Shown: positions 1 to 13,935, counted from the first letter of the whole stretch. The stretch is 62,987 nt of DNA, filler included, from Sluysia triapertura (GCA_046118255.1; 5 parts of 5 records of this genome joined end to end with filler, not necessarily neighbours in it); one strand, 5' to 3'. Numbers and translations: made by a program. Notes: generated by a model not told the origin, from the letters alone.

Positions 1-879
1 ACGTTTAAAATGAGAAAATTGATGCAAATGTATTAAAACAAATTTATTATGCAAAATTCTCACTGAACGTTCCATTCACACCAATACTTATAAATATACA
101 TCTTATTCAACATAACATAATACAACTGACTTCCCAATTACAAACATTGCATCTTTAAAATCAACTTGTAGTACACCCTTAATACACTATTCACAAAATC
201 TCGTTTATCAATCAAAAGAGCAGAGTTAGATAACAATACGAAAGATTCGATGGAATAATTTGAAAGATTCAAGAAATAATTTGAACACATTTCCTCATTA
301 CCCATTCACCAATTCAGATGAAAAATTAATAATTAGAAATCAAGATTGAAAAATAGGATATTCAATTTAGAAGAACCTAACCATATAAACGATACTTCTA
401 AGTTTTCAGAACCTTACGATATTTTAAAGAATTAAAGAAATAAAATAAAATAAATAAGAATATGAAATAAAATTTTTCTATTTGTTTTTGCATTTAGTTT
501 AATATATAATTTAAAACTATAATAATAATATAAATTTTAAGCAACAACAATAATAACAATTTATATTAACGAAATAAATCATTAAGTAATTATTATATGA
601 GTTATACTATTTCACCATCACGGATGCCAAACAAATGATGTGTATGCCAGTACACATAACATTGGCTATTAGAAATAAAAAAATTTTATTCCTAATTTTA
701 ATTATGTAAGATTTTATAAAGCATGGTTTTTAATTGATTGATTTTTATCTTTTGGGAGCTAATTAATAACCAGAACAGCGGTACATCTGGAAACAAGATG
801 AATGAAAATACACTATAGAATAAAGATATATTCAAAAACCAAAGCGGAGTGTCATCCTCTGATAGCCGAAAAACACTTC

Positions 880-1600
880 TTAGTGATGTGACACTGCATA
901 TGGTAGCTCGTAACTCCTTGGGAAACGAAGTTCAGTTAAAAACAAGTAATTTTAAGTTTGAAGACTTTTTAAAAGGACTTGATTATAATTAAAAATAAAT
1001 AAAACGCAATCTAAAAATGTTATCCTTGTTAAAATAATTGGTATCAATCGGAAAATAGATTATAAACGTATTATTTTCGATTCTGAATTCAGTCAACATA
1101 AGCCAACAAATAAACTCATTGGAAATAATGCTATAACGAATCGGAACAAACATCCTGAAGACGATGATGATTTTGATGGAGAGCATAGATTTTGAGCAGC
1201 AAATTCTATATTAACTATTAATGCAACAGCAGATTCTAAATCGTCATTTTCTAGAAATTCTTCTGGATATGTCCTCCGTAAAGCTCCAATCAAACAATAT
1301 AGTGGCGGTAGATCATTCAGTTCCTATAAATTCTGCTAAAGTTACTCATTCAAGTACTATTACGTTTGCTATTGCAAGTGATACAATTACAAAATCTGGT
1401 AATGAAACTATTGATATTAACAGTAACAGTATTTTCCAAGCGTATTAGATTAAATTTCAACGCTCCCGCATTCCTACCAAAAATTCACCTGTCCATGATG
1501 AAATTTTGACAATAACGCCGACGGTTTCACAGTCAATTCAGCAACAGCACATCCAACAATCTCAATATTTTATACAATCCCGCAATGTTCTATTCAGTGC
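880..1600 (+). pseudogene. Degenerate ataxin-2/Pbp1-like fragment (Lsm-like segment and PAM2 motif)
   Basis: ~885-990 reads DVTLHMVARNSLGNEVQLKTSNFKFEDFLKGL*, resembling the ataxin-2 Lsm start. ~1449-1479 reads LNFNAPAFLP (PAM2 consensus LNxNAxEFxP) followed by a Q-rich stretch. Stops and frameshifts are present. Confidence 0.4.
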
Positions 1601-2399
1601 CTTTTAAAAAAGTAATGATATTTTATTTAATTTTTACAAATGCTATTTTACTTTTTTTATTAATAAAGCTATTGATGATTATTTGGTAGGGCAAGTTATT
1701 CCCCATCTTATATAAATTTACAGTTAAACTTAAATTTTATGGACCTTAAGTCCATTTATATAGTTTTAACACGTTACAGGTGGGAGTCGTATTAGTATCG
1801 TTTGCAACCACATTGCGCAATCCATGCGCCATTTTACATTTGTATTTAGTATGTTTTGTGGTTTGAAGCTGTTCGGTTATTCAAATTCTACTTACAGTAA
1901 ATATTATCCCCCGCCTTTAATGTGTTAACTGTCAATTCATTCACGAAATTTAGTATCTGTATAAAGGAGATTAAAACGTTAGGTCTAAATCAGACCAAAT
2001 TTAATGAATCTGCGAGTTTGAGATTTCTTATGTAACAAAGTTTTAACCCTCTATGGGCCGAATTTTGTTTCTTAAATAAAAAGAAATTTATTTGTTTTGA
2101 CATTTCATGTCGATGGTGCTGCCAACCATAATCAATATTGTTATTGGTAATTTCGAAGGTATTATATAATTAAGACGTATACATCATCTTGTGAAAACTA
2201 AAATTATTTGTTAACATGTGGATATATTACGATTAAAAAAAATCGATTATTTACCAAAGTGCAGTACTTATGAAAGTAAATCTGTTCAGAATATGGTTAA
2301 GTCTGAATAAAATTCGCTGCAAATCAACCTAAACTATCACTTCTGTTTGTAGACCCGTCAATTTCAATAAAGTATTGAAAAATAACAATCAAGGCGCAA

Positions 2400-3000
2400 A
2401 GGAATAATATTATACTATTGGACAGAATTTTACCAAATCAAACATTTAAACTGACTTAAACTTTATCAGATATAATCCCGTTAGATTACCATTATTGAAA
2501 TATTTGGCTTATATTATCTCGGAACAAGACATTATCTTGCTAGTTTATAAAATAAAAAGCAAAAAATAAAACGAAGTGAATATTAATTAAATTCGGTTTC
2601 ATTTCAAAATAAAACTGTTTTATAAATATTGGGTTGCTGATTGGAAAATTTATTAATACGGATAAAGTAAAACTAACGGTGCATTCATTGGTAACTATTA
2701 ATACTAATCAATACGAAAGTTGCAATTAATACTGATTCAACCATCATAAAATATAATAACCTTATGAAAGTCCAGAATATCTCTTGGAGATAAAAATTTG
2801 GAAATCAAATAACTTTAAGAAAACATTTTAATCAAAATACACAGCGATACATTACATGCCATTATATGCTACATGAGAATACTGCAAAATTATAAACTAT
2901 TTAAAAATAACTAACATGAAATTTTTTCTATTTTAAAATATTGACGCATTCTAAGTGCTTTTGAGTACTTATTTCATAGTAGATATTAGCGCTGTATAAA
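2400..3000 (+). mobile_element. Decayed 3' end of an L2/CR1-like LINE
   Basis: gaaagtccagaatatctc..aaaaatttggaaa and gcttttgagta.ttattt match the copies at ~37800-38250 (-) and ~48760-49100 (+). Confidence 0.5.
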
Positions 3001-3681
3001 TTAGTATTAGTATTTTATTATATTAATTTTCGATTTCATTACATATTCTTAATCTGTAATCAGGTGACTTTTGACATACCACAACTCGCATATTATTTAA
3101 CTACGCATGGGTCCTTACTCGAACCTATGTAATTCATATGTAAGTGATTATATACAAGTGACTATTAACCCCTAAACGTGCACGCTAGAGTTAATCTGGC
3201 ACTAAACTGCACACACTTGAGATAATTCGAACGGGGTCGTTTTATTGATATTTATCATTTTTTAAATAAATACTCTTAGTATTATTATTTCCGTTGAAAA
3301 AGTATAAATGAATATCTTTACTGATAAAATCAGCAATTTGAAAATAAAAGTCGATCTATGTACAAGATTGAAATATTCAGCTCTTACCCACAATGTATAT
3401 CAAAATCCGAAAGTACAATTAAAATTGTGATTGTTCTTGTATTTTTTGCCAAAATAAGGTGCTAAAATGTGTTTTCTTGAATAAAAAATTGATTTTGTCG
3501 TTTTTTTTCAAAAAAATGTGTTAAGGGCTTAAAATATTAATATAGAATTCAGATCAAGCTTGTTAATTTTGAATATGGCATATGAAATAAACATGTGATA
3601 TTTTATATTGAATTAATAACAAATTTTACCAAAGGTTAAAAAGCAAAGGTGTTAAAAACAAGATAAATAAAAATAACCAAC

Positions 3682-3840
3682 TGGTTCATTTGGTCGATGA
3701 ACTAAATCGGTCAAAGGCACCTGTGATTCATCACTGAAAATAAGCCACGCAGCACTATCTCCAACCCATGCTGTAAAAATAGTAGAATCCGAGATGGCAC
3801 ATATAGTACAAGTAGTACCAGCTTTCCACCTCTATAGTAA

Positions 3841-3906
<66 letters not shown>

Positions 3907-5162
3907 TTCGCTTCAATAAAGATAATCTAATATCAATAAGACAATGATATCAATTTAAAATTAGTTGTACATAATAGGATAAATTCCATATATTCATGTA
4001 AAACGAACTGTAGAATGAATAAACAAATTCAAAATAAATTGCAACATTAAAAATTTTAGAATTTATAATTATTTATCTAATAACGTTTTAATGTATATTT
4101 AAAAACTTAATTGAATATATTTCGGGTAATTTTTAGGCACGTATTATTTTTTATTACCTTGTTCACTCTTGCTTTTATTTTATTTCTTGTATTTAAATAT
4201 TATCTCTTAAAATATCAATATAACATAAATCTCATTCTGATATTATTTATTTCAGATTCGCCTTTATTATTACGGATGGAAATGACTTAAAAAGAATAAT
4301 CTTTTTCATTATGATTTCACGAAATGAATCCATTTATCAAAAAAATGATAATTAAACGCAAATGGATATATTCAATAAATTAAAACCATGCTTGAAAGAC
4401 TTTCATTTGAGCATCTATGATTTATAAAGTAAGCTTGACATATGGGTTAAGATATCTAATTTCTTTTACCTAAGCCATTCCTTTGTGGAAACAGTTTGAT
4501 GCTTAATAGATTTTCGAGCCAAACTCAATATATTCCTTAATTACTTGATATTTTGACACTATCATGAGAACAGGAATCGTTATAAGCATAGTGAATGGCA
4601 ACGACATGCACGTTAACCAAGACTTCCATTACCCTAGAATAAAAGTATGATGTTTTAAGTGCGTGTTACTTCCAAAAAAGATATTTGAAAAACCAATTCT
4701 TAGGAGCGATGTGAATGGTTAAAATTTTAAATTATTTTTTAATTGTTTATTCATGCATAAATAACATTTAAATTCTCATAAGTATGTAAACTTACGATGA
4801 TTGCTTTGATATTCGCAAAACATCAATCTAAATCTTGCCATAATTTGAATTGCAGAATCGCGTTATTTTGAAGTTTTTTAAAAATAGTGTTGATTTCTAA
4901 AACTTAGATTTGATTTGATAAAAATGCAATTTCGACTGCAATGTTGAAAGAATTTATTCTATAAGTGTTTATATAAACACGTTGAACAAGTTATATACTA
5001 GAGAAAAATTTTCTGTCAAGTTTTAGTAATTTTTTGCAAATAAAAACAAGAATGTATTGCTCATAAAAATATGTTTTAAAGGTATTTTTAAAAAATTGTA
5101 CAATGTGTGATCATTAAATGTACACAATACTCAGTTTAAAATCCTTATAAGTCCTGTTTAAA

Positions 5163-5202
<40 letters not shown>

Positions 5203-8027
5203 TTTATTATAATAATTATAAATTTTGAACACTAACATAGCGATTTCTGCAGCCATTTAATTTCGTATTGAGCAAATAAAATGTTTGTCCTAGTGCATCA
5301 ACCAGATTATAATGACCATTATGACATTGACAATATTGTACATATTGACTAAACAAATATGGTGCCAAATGATGACAGTGTTCAGATGCTTCTGGGCCAT
5401 TATGACCATCAAATAAACCAATTAAATTAATCTTTTCTAAATTATTCTTAATACCACATGTCGATTCATTCTTAATTAAACATTACAATTTTATTGCGTT
5501 AATATAAATAAAATTACATTAGCTTATTTATGCCGGATATGCTAAATATCGAACGTGATCTAGATAAATAAATATATTTGATTAATTTTCAGAGATTTAT
5601 ACTTGTTAATTTCCTATTATTGATTTGAATTGTTAAAATTAATATATTCTGTGGATGTATTTTCAATTTCCTAAAATTTTCATATGATGACAGCTAAATT
5701 TAAATGTAGATTGTTCATTTAGCCAATACTTTGGTTAAATATCAGTTAACACAAATCATGCACAACTTTAAATTCAAATTCTCAAAATCCAGTACATCCA
5801 ACATTGAGTGACAAATGAAATTTTCTAAGGTATTCATATTTATCTAGATTACAGTAAGTTAATTGGTATTTGTTTTATGATGAATGTTAGCAATGTTTCT
5901 AAAGATAAATATGCATAATTAGACGAGTTCTTTATCATGTGATATTTCAAGAAATTAATTTTGCTCAAAAATATCTCAATCGATAGTATCTTTCAGTCTT
6001 GAATGTATGATTTTGAATCAGGAAGCACTTGCAAATTAATATTTATTGATTGCTACTAATCGATTTTTTATTAATGTGATTAGTTGTAACAATCGTATAG
6101 TAATTAAAAATAATTTGTTTTATTAGTTATTTATTTATTTACCTTAAATATTATTATTTAGAAAATATTTTTGTTTTACTTTATAGTGTAATTGTGCAAT
6201 TGTTACACTATATATATTTGTTTATTATAAAATTGCAATATTTTATCGTTACATTACATTATCTTTAAAACGTTTATTTCACAAAACCTTTTACCATAAA
6301 AAGCGATTTTTATTTGTTTCTGACGGAAAAGTAATAGTATTAATTTTAATAACCTTAATGAGTCAAATTCTTGATTCTCTATACTTAGAGAAGTACTTAA
6401 CACACTAAGGTATATTTTGTAATAAAATTGTTAATATATAAACACAAATATATAATATATAAACATAGACATCATTGCTTTGATTTAATTTAACATAATT
6501 AAAAAATTTAGATACTGCTGATTTATTGATTCCAATACAACAGTGACATCACCAATTATATTCAATATTAACGAGTTATAATAAGAATCGAGTTGTCAAA
6601 TATTAAACAAATTATTCTACAAATTATAAGTACTAAATGTTTGTCAAATAATGCGTATAATTCTCCATTATTAAAGAGAACTAAATGTTTATTAAATATT
6701 TCTTCCATAATATAGCAAAATCAATTTAATGTTTATTTTGTTTTCAAAAAATAGCCATACAACTATATTGTGTTCTATATCCGCTTCAGGTATTGTTTCT
6801 GGATTCCATAATTTTTGATTTTTATATAATTTAAATTTCGATTATAATACAAATTTTGATTAAAATTTCATGAAAAACAGATTTCGTATCCAAAATAACT
6901 GAATAAAGTAATGATATTAATGCATTAGAAAAAAAGAAACACTTAGTTTTATAATTGAAAATCAATACCATTGATTACTTAAAAAGCAAGTATGGCAAAG
7001 CAATTACCTTTATCGAAAAACATAAATATTTTCCAAATTAAATTGAAAATGTATTTTTCTTAAAACAATTTGCTAGTTTACGTTTCACATATTTAAAATC
7101 TTGAAATTATTAAGCATCACTTCAATCTATAGACTCGTTTAAGAAGTCAAGAAACTTATGCGAGAATAGGTAACACTTCTGGATAAATTTGCAAAGTTTT
7201 GCAAATAAGGAATTCGTATAATGAGAATAAAAATTAGCAGAATATTTAAAGATCCAAATTAAGATGCTTTAAAATAAGTACGTATTTCGTATGTAATTTA
7301 AATAATACAGCATGTTGTAAAACTTGCTTTAAGAAATAATAAACACATGCTTGTAGTTTATAAATATATAAAATTGAACATGCAATTATATCTATAGACT
7401 GAAATAGTTTATTTGAAAATATTATTTACCAATTATATTATTTTATTTATATAATTCACATTTAATACACTTAATTGTAAACAAATAATTTTAAATATAA
7501 ATATCTTACTTTACATAAATGGGAACAATATTTAAGGGCATCAATAATACCAAATAATCTATCTTCTTGTTTATGCCTTTTATTACAAACACTTCTGGTA
7601 TGAATTGAAACGTCAAAATTTATTTCGTTAACTTCGTTATAATTACCATAATTTTTTATAAATTGAAAAAAACTCTTTTTGGTTAAATGTAATAAATCGG
7701 GATAGCTTATTTTATCTACACAATAAATAAGATAATAAAAATATTACCATCACAAATAAGATGTTTATAAAATCCAGCTTCTGCATTAATAAACTCTCTA
7801 CTTAACTGTTCACTGATGTAGTGGCATTTTTTAATGCTAAATACAATTAAAATGTAGCACATAATTTACCATAAAATACAAAGATGATTAATATATGATT
7901 GAATATATGGTACAGCACTAATAGAATCGATAGTTCTTAATACTGGTCGTAATTTAACACTACCTGAGTTATCTGATTTATCCAATTCATCAAAATAATG
8001 GATAAGATCACCTAAAACTGAACTCAT
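3682..8027 (-). CDS. PP2C/PPM family Ser/Thr phosphatase, PPM1E/PPM1F-like (5' five exons; 3' exons not found in the window)
   Basis: Phase-consistent GT-AG exons 8027-7870, 7836-7748, 7715-7510, 5446-5237, 3831-3682. They encode SIHTRSVCNKRHKQEDR (motif 1), GLFDGHNGPEASEHC, KAGTTCT, FTAWVGDS and HRPNEP. AW(V/L)GDS and HRP match PPM1E/F. Confidence 0.85.
3843..3905 (+). repeat. (TAA)n microsatellite
   Basis: About 20 perfect TAA units, immediately next to a PP2C splice acceptor. Confidence 0.95.
5164..5210 (+). repeat. (TTA)n microsatellite
   Basis: Direct reading. Confidence 0.9.
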
Positions 8028-8303
8028 CAAAAATATTGGTCTGGTGATAAATGCCGAAATAATATTATAATTTTAATTATTTAATTTAAATATATTTACT
8101 TCAGAAAATATGCAGAAATAAAAAACATAATATTGTTTTCAGAATAAGTGTCAAAAATATTTTTCATATAAATTTTAGTATTCAAATTTAAAGCGTCATA
8201 TATAATATAATATTTTAGGTCATTAAATAGGATAACTTATTAATTTCTAATAATTCAAACATCGAAGAAAAATTATTTATACAATGACTTGAATTTTAAT
8301 TAA

Positions 8304-8521
8304 CCTTTAGTGTACGAATGTTAGAAATATCTAAATTAATGGTCAAAGTAGACGAATATTCATATATCTAACATTTATAAAATTTAATTCGAAAGACATT
8401 ATTTAAAAATGTAATTTTTGCCCGAGCAGTTAATGTCTTGTGTGTTTAAGTAGGTAGCATTAGGTTTAAAAAATCGGTTTCCAGCACACTTTGCAGTTTT
8501 TATAAATTCGTATACTAAAGG
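8304..8521. mobile_element. piggyBac-type MITE with TTAA target duplication
   Basis: TTAA|CCTTTAGTGTACGAA ... TTCGTATACTAAAGG|TTAA: 15-bp TIR with 1 mismatch, no ORF. Confidence 0.85.
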
Positions 8522-8773
8522 TTAAATGTAGGGTTTTTTTGGTCAATTAAATAATTTTTGGAGTCAATTAATTAAATTATGTAAATAAGAATTTAACTGA
8601 AAATCAACTCAAAATATAAAACTAAATCAACCTATCTATTCCATAATAACTTCCCCATTATAACATGTGTTCGCGTAACCAATCATTTTCCGGTAAAAAG
8701 ATCCGCAGTGTTCACCAGGAAAATGTGGAGGTGATAGAAGATCTAAACTTACGATCGAAATGAAAAGCAAATA

Positions 8774-10160
8774 CAGTCAACCCTAATTAATCCGAACTTC
8801 AATAATCCGAAAACTTCATAGTCCGAAAAAATTTATTGTAACACAATAAAATATAAAAAAGTAATTCTGACAAGTCGAAGAAAATGTTGCTCAGTGAATT
8901 GTCTCAAATTATCAGAAGAGAATTAAACCTGGGCACAGGAATTTCTACGTTATTATAAATTTTGAAAAATGAAGAGAAATGGGATAAATAAAGAGAAAGC
9001 TCAAACACTTACTCCACATAATCTCCGAAAATTCATTCTCTACTTGAGAATTCATTGATCGAATGGATATCTCTAATGGATGTGATGAAACGTGACTGAT
9101 GAAATTATCATTACAAAAGCAAAGGAATTTGAACAAAACCTAAAAATCGATTTAATCTGAAAGTAAAAGTTCTCTATGGAGAAGCAAATTCAAAGAATGA
9201 TGTTGATGTTTCAGTCCATAAAAAATGGTTGAAAAATTGGCAGGAATTGACCCAGAATTTATACTTAATTTAGATGAAACTGGACTTTTTTTCAAGCACT
9301 TCCTACAAAACCATTGAATCAAGTGAATAAAAAGGCATAAAACAATCTAAAGTTAGAATAACCATAGCTTTATTTTTAGATGCTAGTGGATCAATTAAAA
9401 TTACACCCTTTGTTATTGAACATAGCAAGAAACCAAGATGTTTTAAACTATTTAATGTTGCAAGATACTGTAATTACCACACAAATTCGAAATCATGGAT
9501 GATCACCGATTTGTTTAATTGTTTTATGCAGCATCTTGATGATGAACTGAGAAAATACAAAAAGAAATTTTATCTTGATAACGTTCCAAGACATAGGTTG
9601 AAGAAATGTTTTCAGAACATTGAAGTTATAATGCTTCCGAAGAACTCAGCTACTCATTTTCAACCCATGGATCCAGATAATAATAAATTACAGAAAAAGT
9701 TAGTAGTTGATTACATGAACTCACATGATCAAACAAAAGCCTTTGTTGTTAATCTTAAGAAAACTATATTCACAGTCCATGAAGCTTGGGAAGATGTGAA
9801 AGGAAGATACCATCAGAGAAATTGCGATTATTCCAGGTCTTCACGGACCGTATACTTGTCATCAGATCCTGTTCTTGAGAGACACAAGAATGAGCTTGAC
9901 CAAATAATGGTTGAAGAGGATGTGATTCAAACAGAAGGTCATTGATGATGATGAAATAATTGCTGTGTCCAGAAGAATACACTGTTGAATATGTTGTTAC
10001 TTAGTGCTGAAGATGGTTAGGTCAATGACAGTTACAACATAAGTCCAAGCAATTTATTCAATGCAATTGAAATTGTCATCAAAGCAAGTTCTACTTCAAA
10101 CAGCTACACTCTAAACAATGATACAGTAAAACATTTAAAAGAAGTGATGTGGTTTTTATA
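8774..10160 (+). mobile_element. pogo/Tigger (DDE_1) DNA transposon remnant, frameshifted
   Basis: TA|CAGTCAACCC..TAATCCG left end. Transposase motifs NLDETGLFF, KQSKVRITIAL, PFVIEHSKKPRCFK, NSKSWMITDLF, LDN, LPKNSATHFQPMD. No right TIR recognised. Confidence 0.88.
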
Positions 10161-11152
10161 TTAAAAAAACTCTTTTACAAATAATTTCTTATCACCTATA
10201 GAGATGGCTTACGTCTGACCGAAGGTGGTCTAAAGGATTTTTTAATATGTCCAAAAGAACGCTAACTAAGATTGTCAATTAAAACGTTACCTTTCGCCTT
10301 ATCAAATCAATGTCGAGGGAACCTAACAATTAATGTGTCATCCTATATCTACTCAATCGAGTTAAATTCTAACAAACCTTAAATTATCGTTAAATTGAAC
10401 TAGCCAGATTATGGTCTAGTTTTATAAATCAATTAAGCTAGCTTGGTATGGGCTAGCGTATTTAATAAAATATTTTATATATTTTAGACTTTAAACTAGC
10501 CTTATTAAGGTCTAGTGAATCTATTGAGTGATTTTATATATATCAACAGAAAAATAATTCAATAATACAGAACGATCTATTAACTCACAAAAAGTAATAA
10601 TATTTTTTGTTATAATACAACTCAAATAATGGTAAAAATATTTGCAAAATTTTAATTATAATAACATTATTAATTTTATAATTACTTTGTAATTGTACGC
10701 AATTATTTTTAATGATTAAGTTAAGCAAGCCTAATTAAGGTCTTGCACATATAAAAATAGTTTGAGTATATTTTAAACTTTCCTTAGGTCTAGGGAAATC
10801 ACACAAAATTCATCACACTTCATCACATAAAAACACTTCACATGTACACAGATTATTAAACAAACTACTAAACTCATTCAAAAAAAACATAATCATTGCA
10901 CATGATTATCATGAACTACCGCTATTATTATTGCAACTCAAATCGTTTTAAATTTATATAATAATTATAGTCATTGTTGTTATATAATATGATTATCAAT
11001 TAATAACTTTTATAATAGCTTTTATAACAAATTTCATAATAAATTTCATATCAACATCAACAATTCAGTATTAATAGACATAATAACTACGTTATTGTTA
11101 TCATTATTATTCTTTTATTCTTGTTATTTTAATAATACTTTCCTCTATTATT

Positions 11153-11832
11153 GATTCCGCCAATGAACTGATTAGTTCTAAATTGATTCATTTAACCACT
11201 ACAGCAATATCAATTAAAAAATGGCGAAGACACATAATACCATTAGTAAGTGGCTTTTTGTTATTTTTAATACCAATTTTTGTTTGTTATTAAAATTATT
11301 GTCACTTTATTTTGGACTTTTGGTTATTTACAATCATGTGTTCATTTGAGTAAGTCTTGTGTAACTTATCTGATTTATTTGGACAATGCTCGTGTAAGTC
11401 GCGGAAATGAAGGATTATTACCATTCACCAAAATGTTTGACAGTGATGATTTTGTATTGATACTTAATTGTATTGTTCAACTATTAGAAATAAGCATCGC
11501 AGTGGCTTTAATTATTTTATTGATCATGAGAATAATTAGTGGACATTTCAATTTAGTATCTATTCTTTTATTGATAGTACATTTTTATTTCAATGTTTTT
11601 GAACGGATAACAATTGGTTGGCAACAATTTAAACATCGAAAAATGATTACTCATCAAATAGAGCACTTGTGGACTGTTAATACAAATTTATCTGATGATG
11701 TATTTGCAATTTGTTTTAATGAATTAAAAGAAGAAAGTAAAGGAGTGGTAAAACGAACAGTTTGTAATCATTATTTTTATCAAATATGTACAAACAATTA
11801 ATCAGTGCTTTGTTTGCTCTTTTTGTAACCCA
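11153..11832 (+). pseudogene. RNF139(TRC8)/RNF145 E3 ligase C-terminal fragment (last TM helices and RING-H2), disrupted
   Basis: KKWRRHIIPL, IVHFYFNVFERITIGWQQFKHRK, DDVFAICF..TVCNHYFYQIC..CSFCN. The first RING Cys is replaced by Phe and a His by Tyr; there are frameshifts and stops and no N-terminal half. Confidence 0.8.
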
Positions 11833-12133
11833 ATAATTTGTAAAAATAATAATAAAAACATTATTAAAAATAATAATTATAATAATAATTAAAAAATTGA
11901 TATAGCCAAAAAAAATCAATAAAATTTATGATTGAATTCATGTTTTAAGATTATGTTAGTTAAGTTAGTAGTAATTATTCTCGTAATCAAATACGATATG
12001 GGTAGTAAATTTTTAAACCTTTATGAATCGGTGTCATTTTTGAATAAATGTAATATAGCAGCAAATTCAAGAAGTATTGTATCGTGTTGTGAAGTTATAT
12101 GTAATCCATTCGAAAATTATTATAATGATGATG

Positions 12134-12233
12134 NNNNNNNNNNNNNNNNNNNNNNNNNNNNNNNNNNNNNNNNNNNNTTAATTAATTAANNNNNNNNNNN
12201 NNNNNNNNNNNNNNNNNNNNNNNNNNNNNNNNN
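12134..12233. other. Assembly gap with artificial six-frame-stop linker TTAATTAATTAA
   Basis: 100-nt N block with a central linker; identical blocks at 24068-24167, 34977-35076 and 51820-51919. A plain N gap lies at 40387-40528. Confidence 0.97.
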
Positions 12234-13409
12234 GAGCACTTCTCGACCTAATTCATTTTCTAAAACTTAATTTTCATTGATTCGATTCTAAGTAGATAAA
12301 CAACGCTTCATATAAGTGTTTTCTTATATTTTCTAAATCGACAGTATTGAAGTGGTTTCTGGAATGATCAGAATCATTGCACGTAGTTTCAAGAGTATGA
12401 CTATTTCCAATATCGAATTCTTTCCACAAAAATGACTCTTTAGAACGTCATATTTTAAATTGACAACCATTAAATGAAAATATATCACATTAGCGTTCCA
12501 AAAGTGTAATTTTGTTTTTCAATTTGGTTTGTCGGCTTAATTCCACTATCAGTTGATTGGTCTCTTATTGAATGTAGGGGATTGTTGGACTTCGAATTAA
12601 TCATACTGCTACCAATTAACGATTCTGAGACATTAACGATGTTGTATTTTCTTTAGAAACGCATCGAGCCATAATTGTTCTCTTCAATAATTGACATAAT
12701 TATGCATGCTGTAATTAAGATACACATTGATAATTTGTACACCAAAATACGATAATTTGGAATGATTAATTTTGATAATTTCAAAATAGTATTACTTTTT
12801 AATATAAAACATTTTCTTGATGAAATACATTTTTGTCCTGATTATTAGGTTTTGTTTTTTCGACATATACCTTTTCAGATACACACATACTTAAATATAT
12901 ACATAAATATATACAAGTTCAGACGAACAAAAGAAAAAGAAAAGTTGATGATAAAGATAAAAGAAGTAATAAAGATAACGATGTTATTATTATATTTTAA
13001 CATGATGATTTGGTGATATTATGATGTTTTTAGAAAAGTTATTATATGACAATAATCATAATAATAATTATATATTTTAATACGATTTGATTTATAAAAA
13101 CAATAGCTATAGTTCATGATAATTATGTTCAATGATTACGTTTTTTGAATGAGTCAAGTAGTTTATTTAATGTTTTGTGTATGTATGAGATGTTTTTATG
13201 TGATTAAGTGTGATGAATTTTATGTGTTTTCCCTACAATAAGATTATTGTTTTACTACGTATCTTGAAAAAATCTTTATAATCAATATTTAATTCAATCG
13301 AGTTATATTAATTATTTTTTTTAATTGATTAATAAAAGACAGTCAGTATTTATTTAAAACTTTTAATTATGACCTTATTGAGTTTTTATTCGTTATTTTA
13401 ACATTTTGA

Positions 13410-13935
13410 AAGGATCTATTTAAACTAGATAGATAAACTTTGAATTAAAGGTTTTGTTTAAATGTGACCAAAATAAATTATTTATTTTCGAACAAAATTT
13501 AAAATCTTTTAGTTAATAACTTATATTTTCAATTTATTCCTTGATCAGAATTATAAAATGTATCATTTACAAAAATCTTAACAAATTATTACTACAGGTT
13601 CTGTTAGAACTTTGATAAAATAACATTACGAACTTTGCTTTTTAAACGTTTTATTTAAATAGAAGCCTTAATAAAATGACTGTTAAAATTCTCTTAAACT
13701 TAAAGACTATTGAAATTTTGGTTCTATTTTATTAAAGAATTAAAGTAAATTATTGAACAAAAAATTTTAAACAGGTTCTCTTTTATAAGAACCCTAGCAA
13801 ATTCAAATTTTGGTTCCATTTAACAGAGAACCACAATAAACTCAGTATAAATTTCTGGTTTCATTAAATTAGAAACCATATTAAATTAAGCTTAAAATTT
13901 TAAGATTATTTGTTAGGTTTATATCGGAAAACCTT
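13410..13935. repeat. Array of short imperfect palindromes GGTTCY-N~10-RGAACC
   Basis: Units at ~13450, 13597, 13719, 13774, 13812, 13857 and 13916. Confidence 0.6.

Larger units (their letters stand above)
10791..13235. mobile_element. Long inverted-repeat pair (~300-350 bp arms, TAGGGAAA...TTTCCCTA) enclosing gene fragments and an assembly gap
   Basis: 10791-~11145 (tagggaaatcacacaaaattcatcacacttcatcacataaaaacac...) is the diverged reverse complement of ~12935-13235. Confidence 0.65.

Noticed and set aside
3166-3532. Possible TTAA MITE (ttaacccctaaac...gttaagggcttaa)
   Set aside because: The TIR match is too imperfect to call.
12178-12189. TTAATTAATTAA repeated four times inside N runs
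   Set aside because: Artificial scaffolding linker with stops in all six frames, not biology. ORFs ending in 'XXXLIN' are artefacts.
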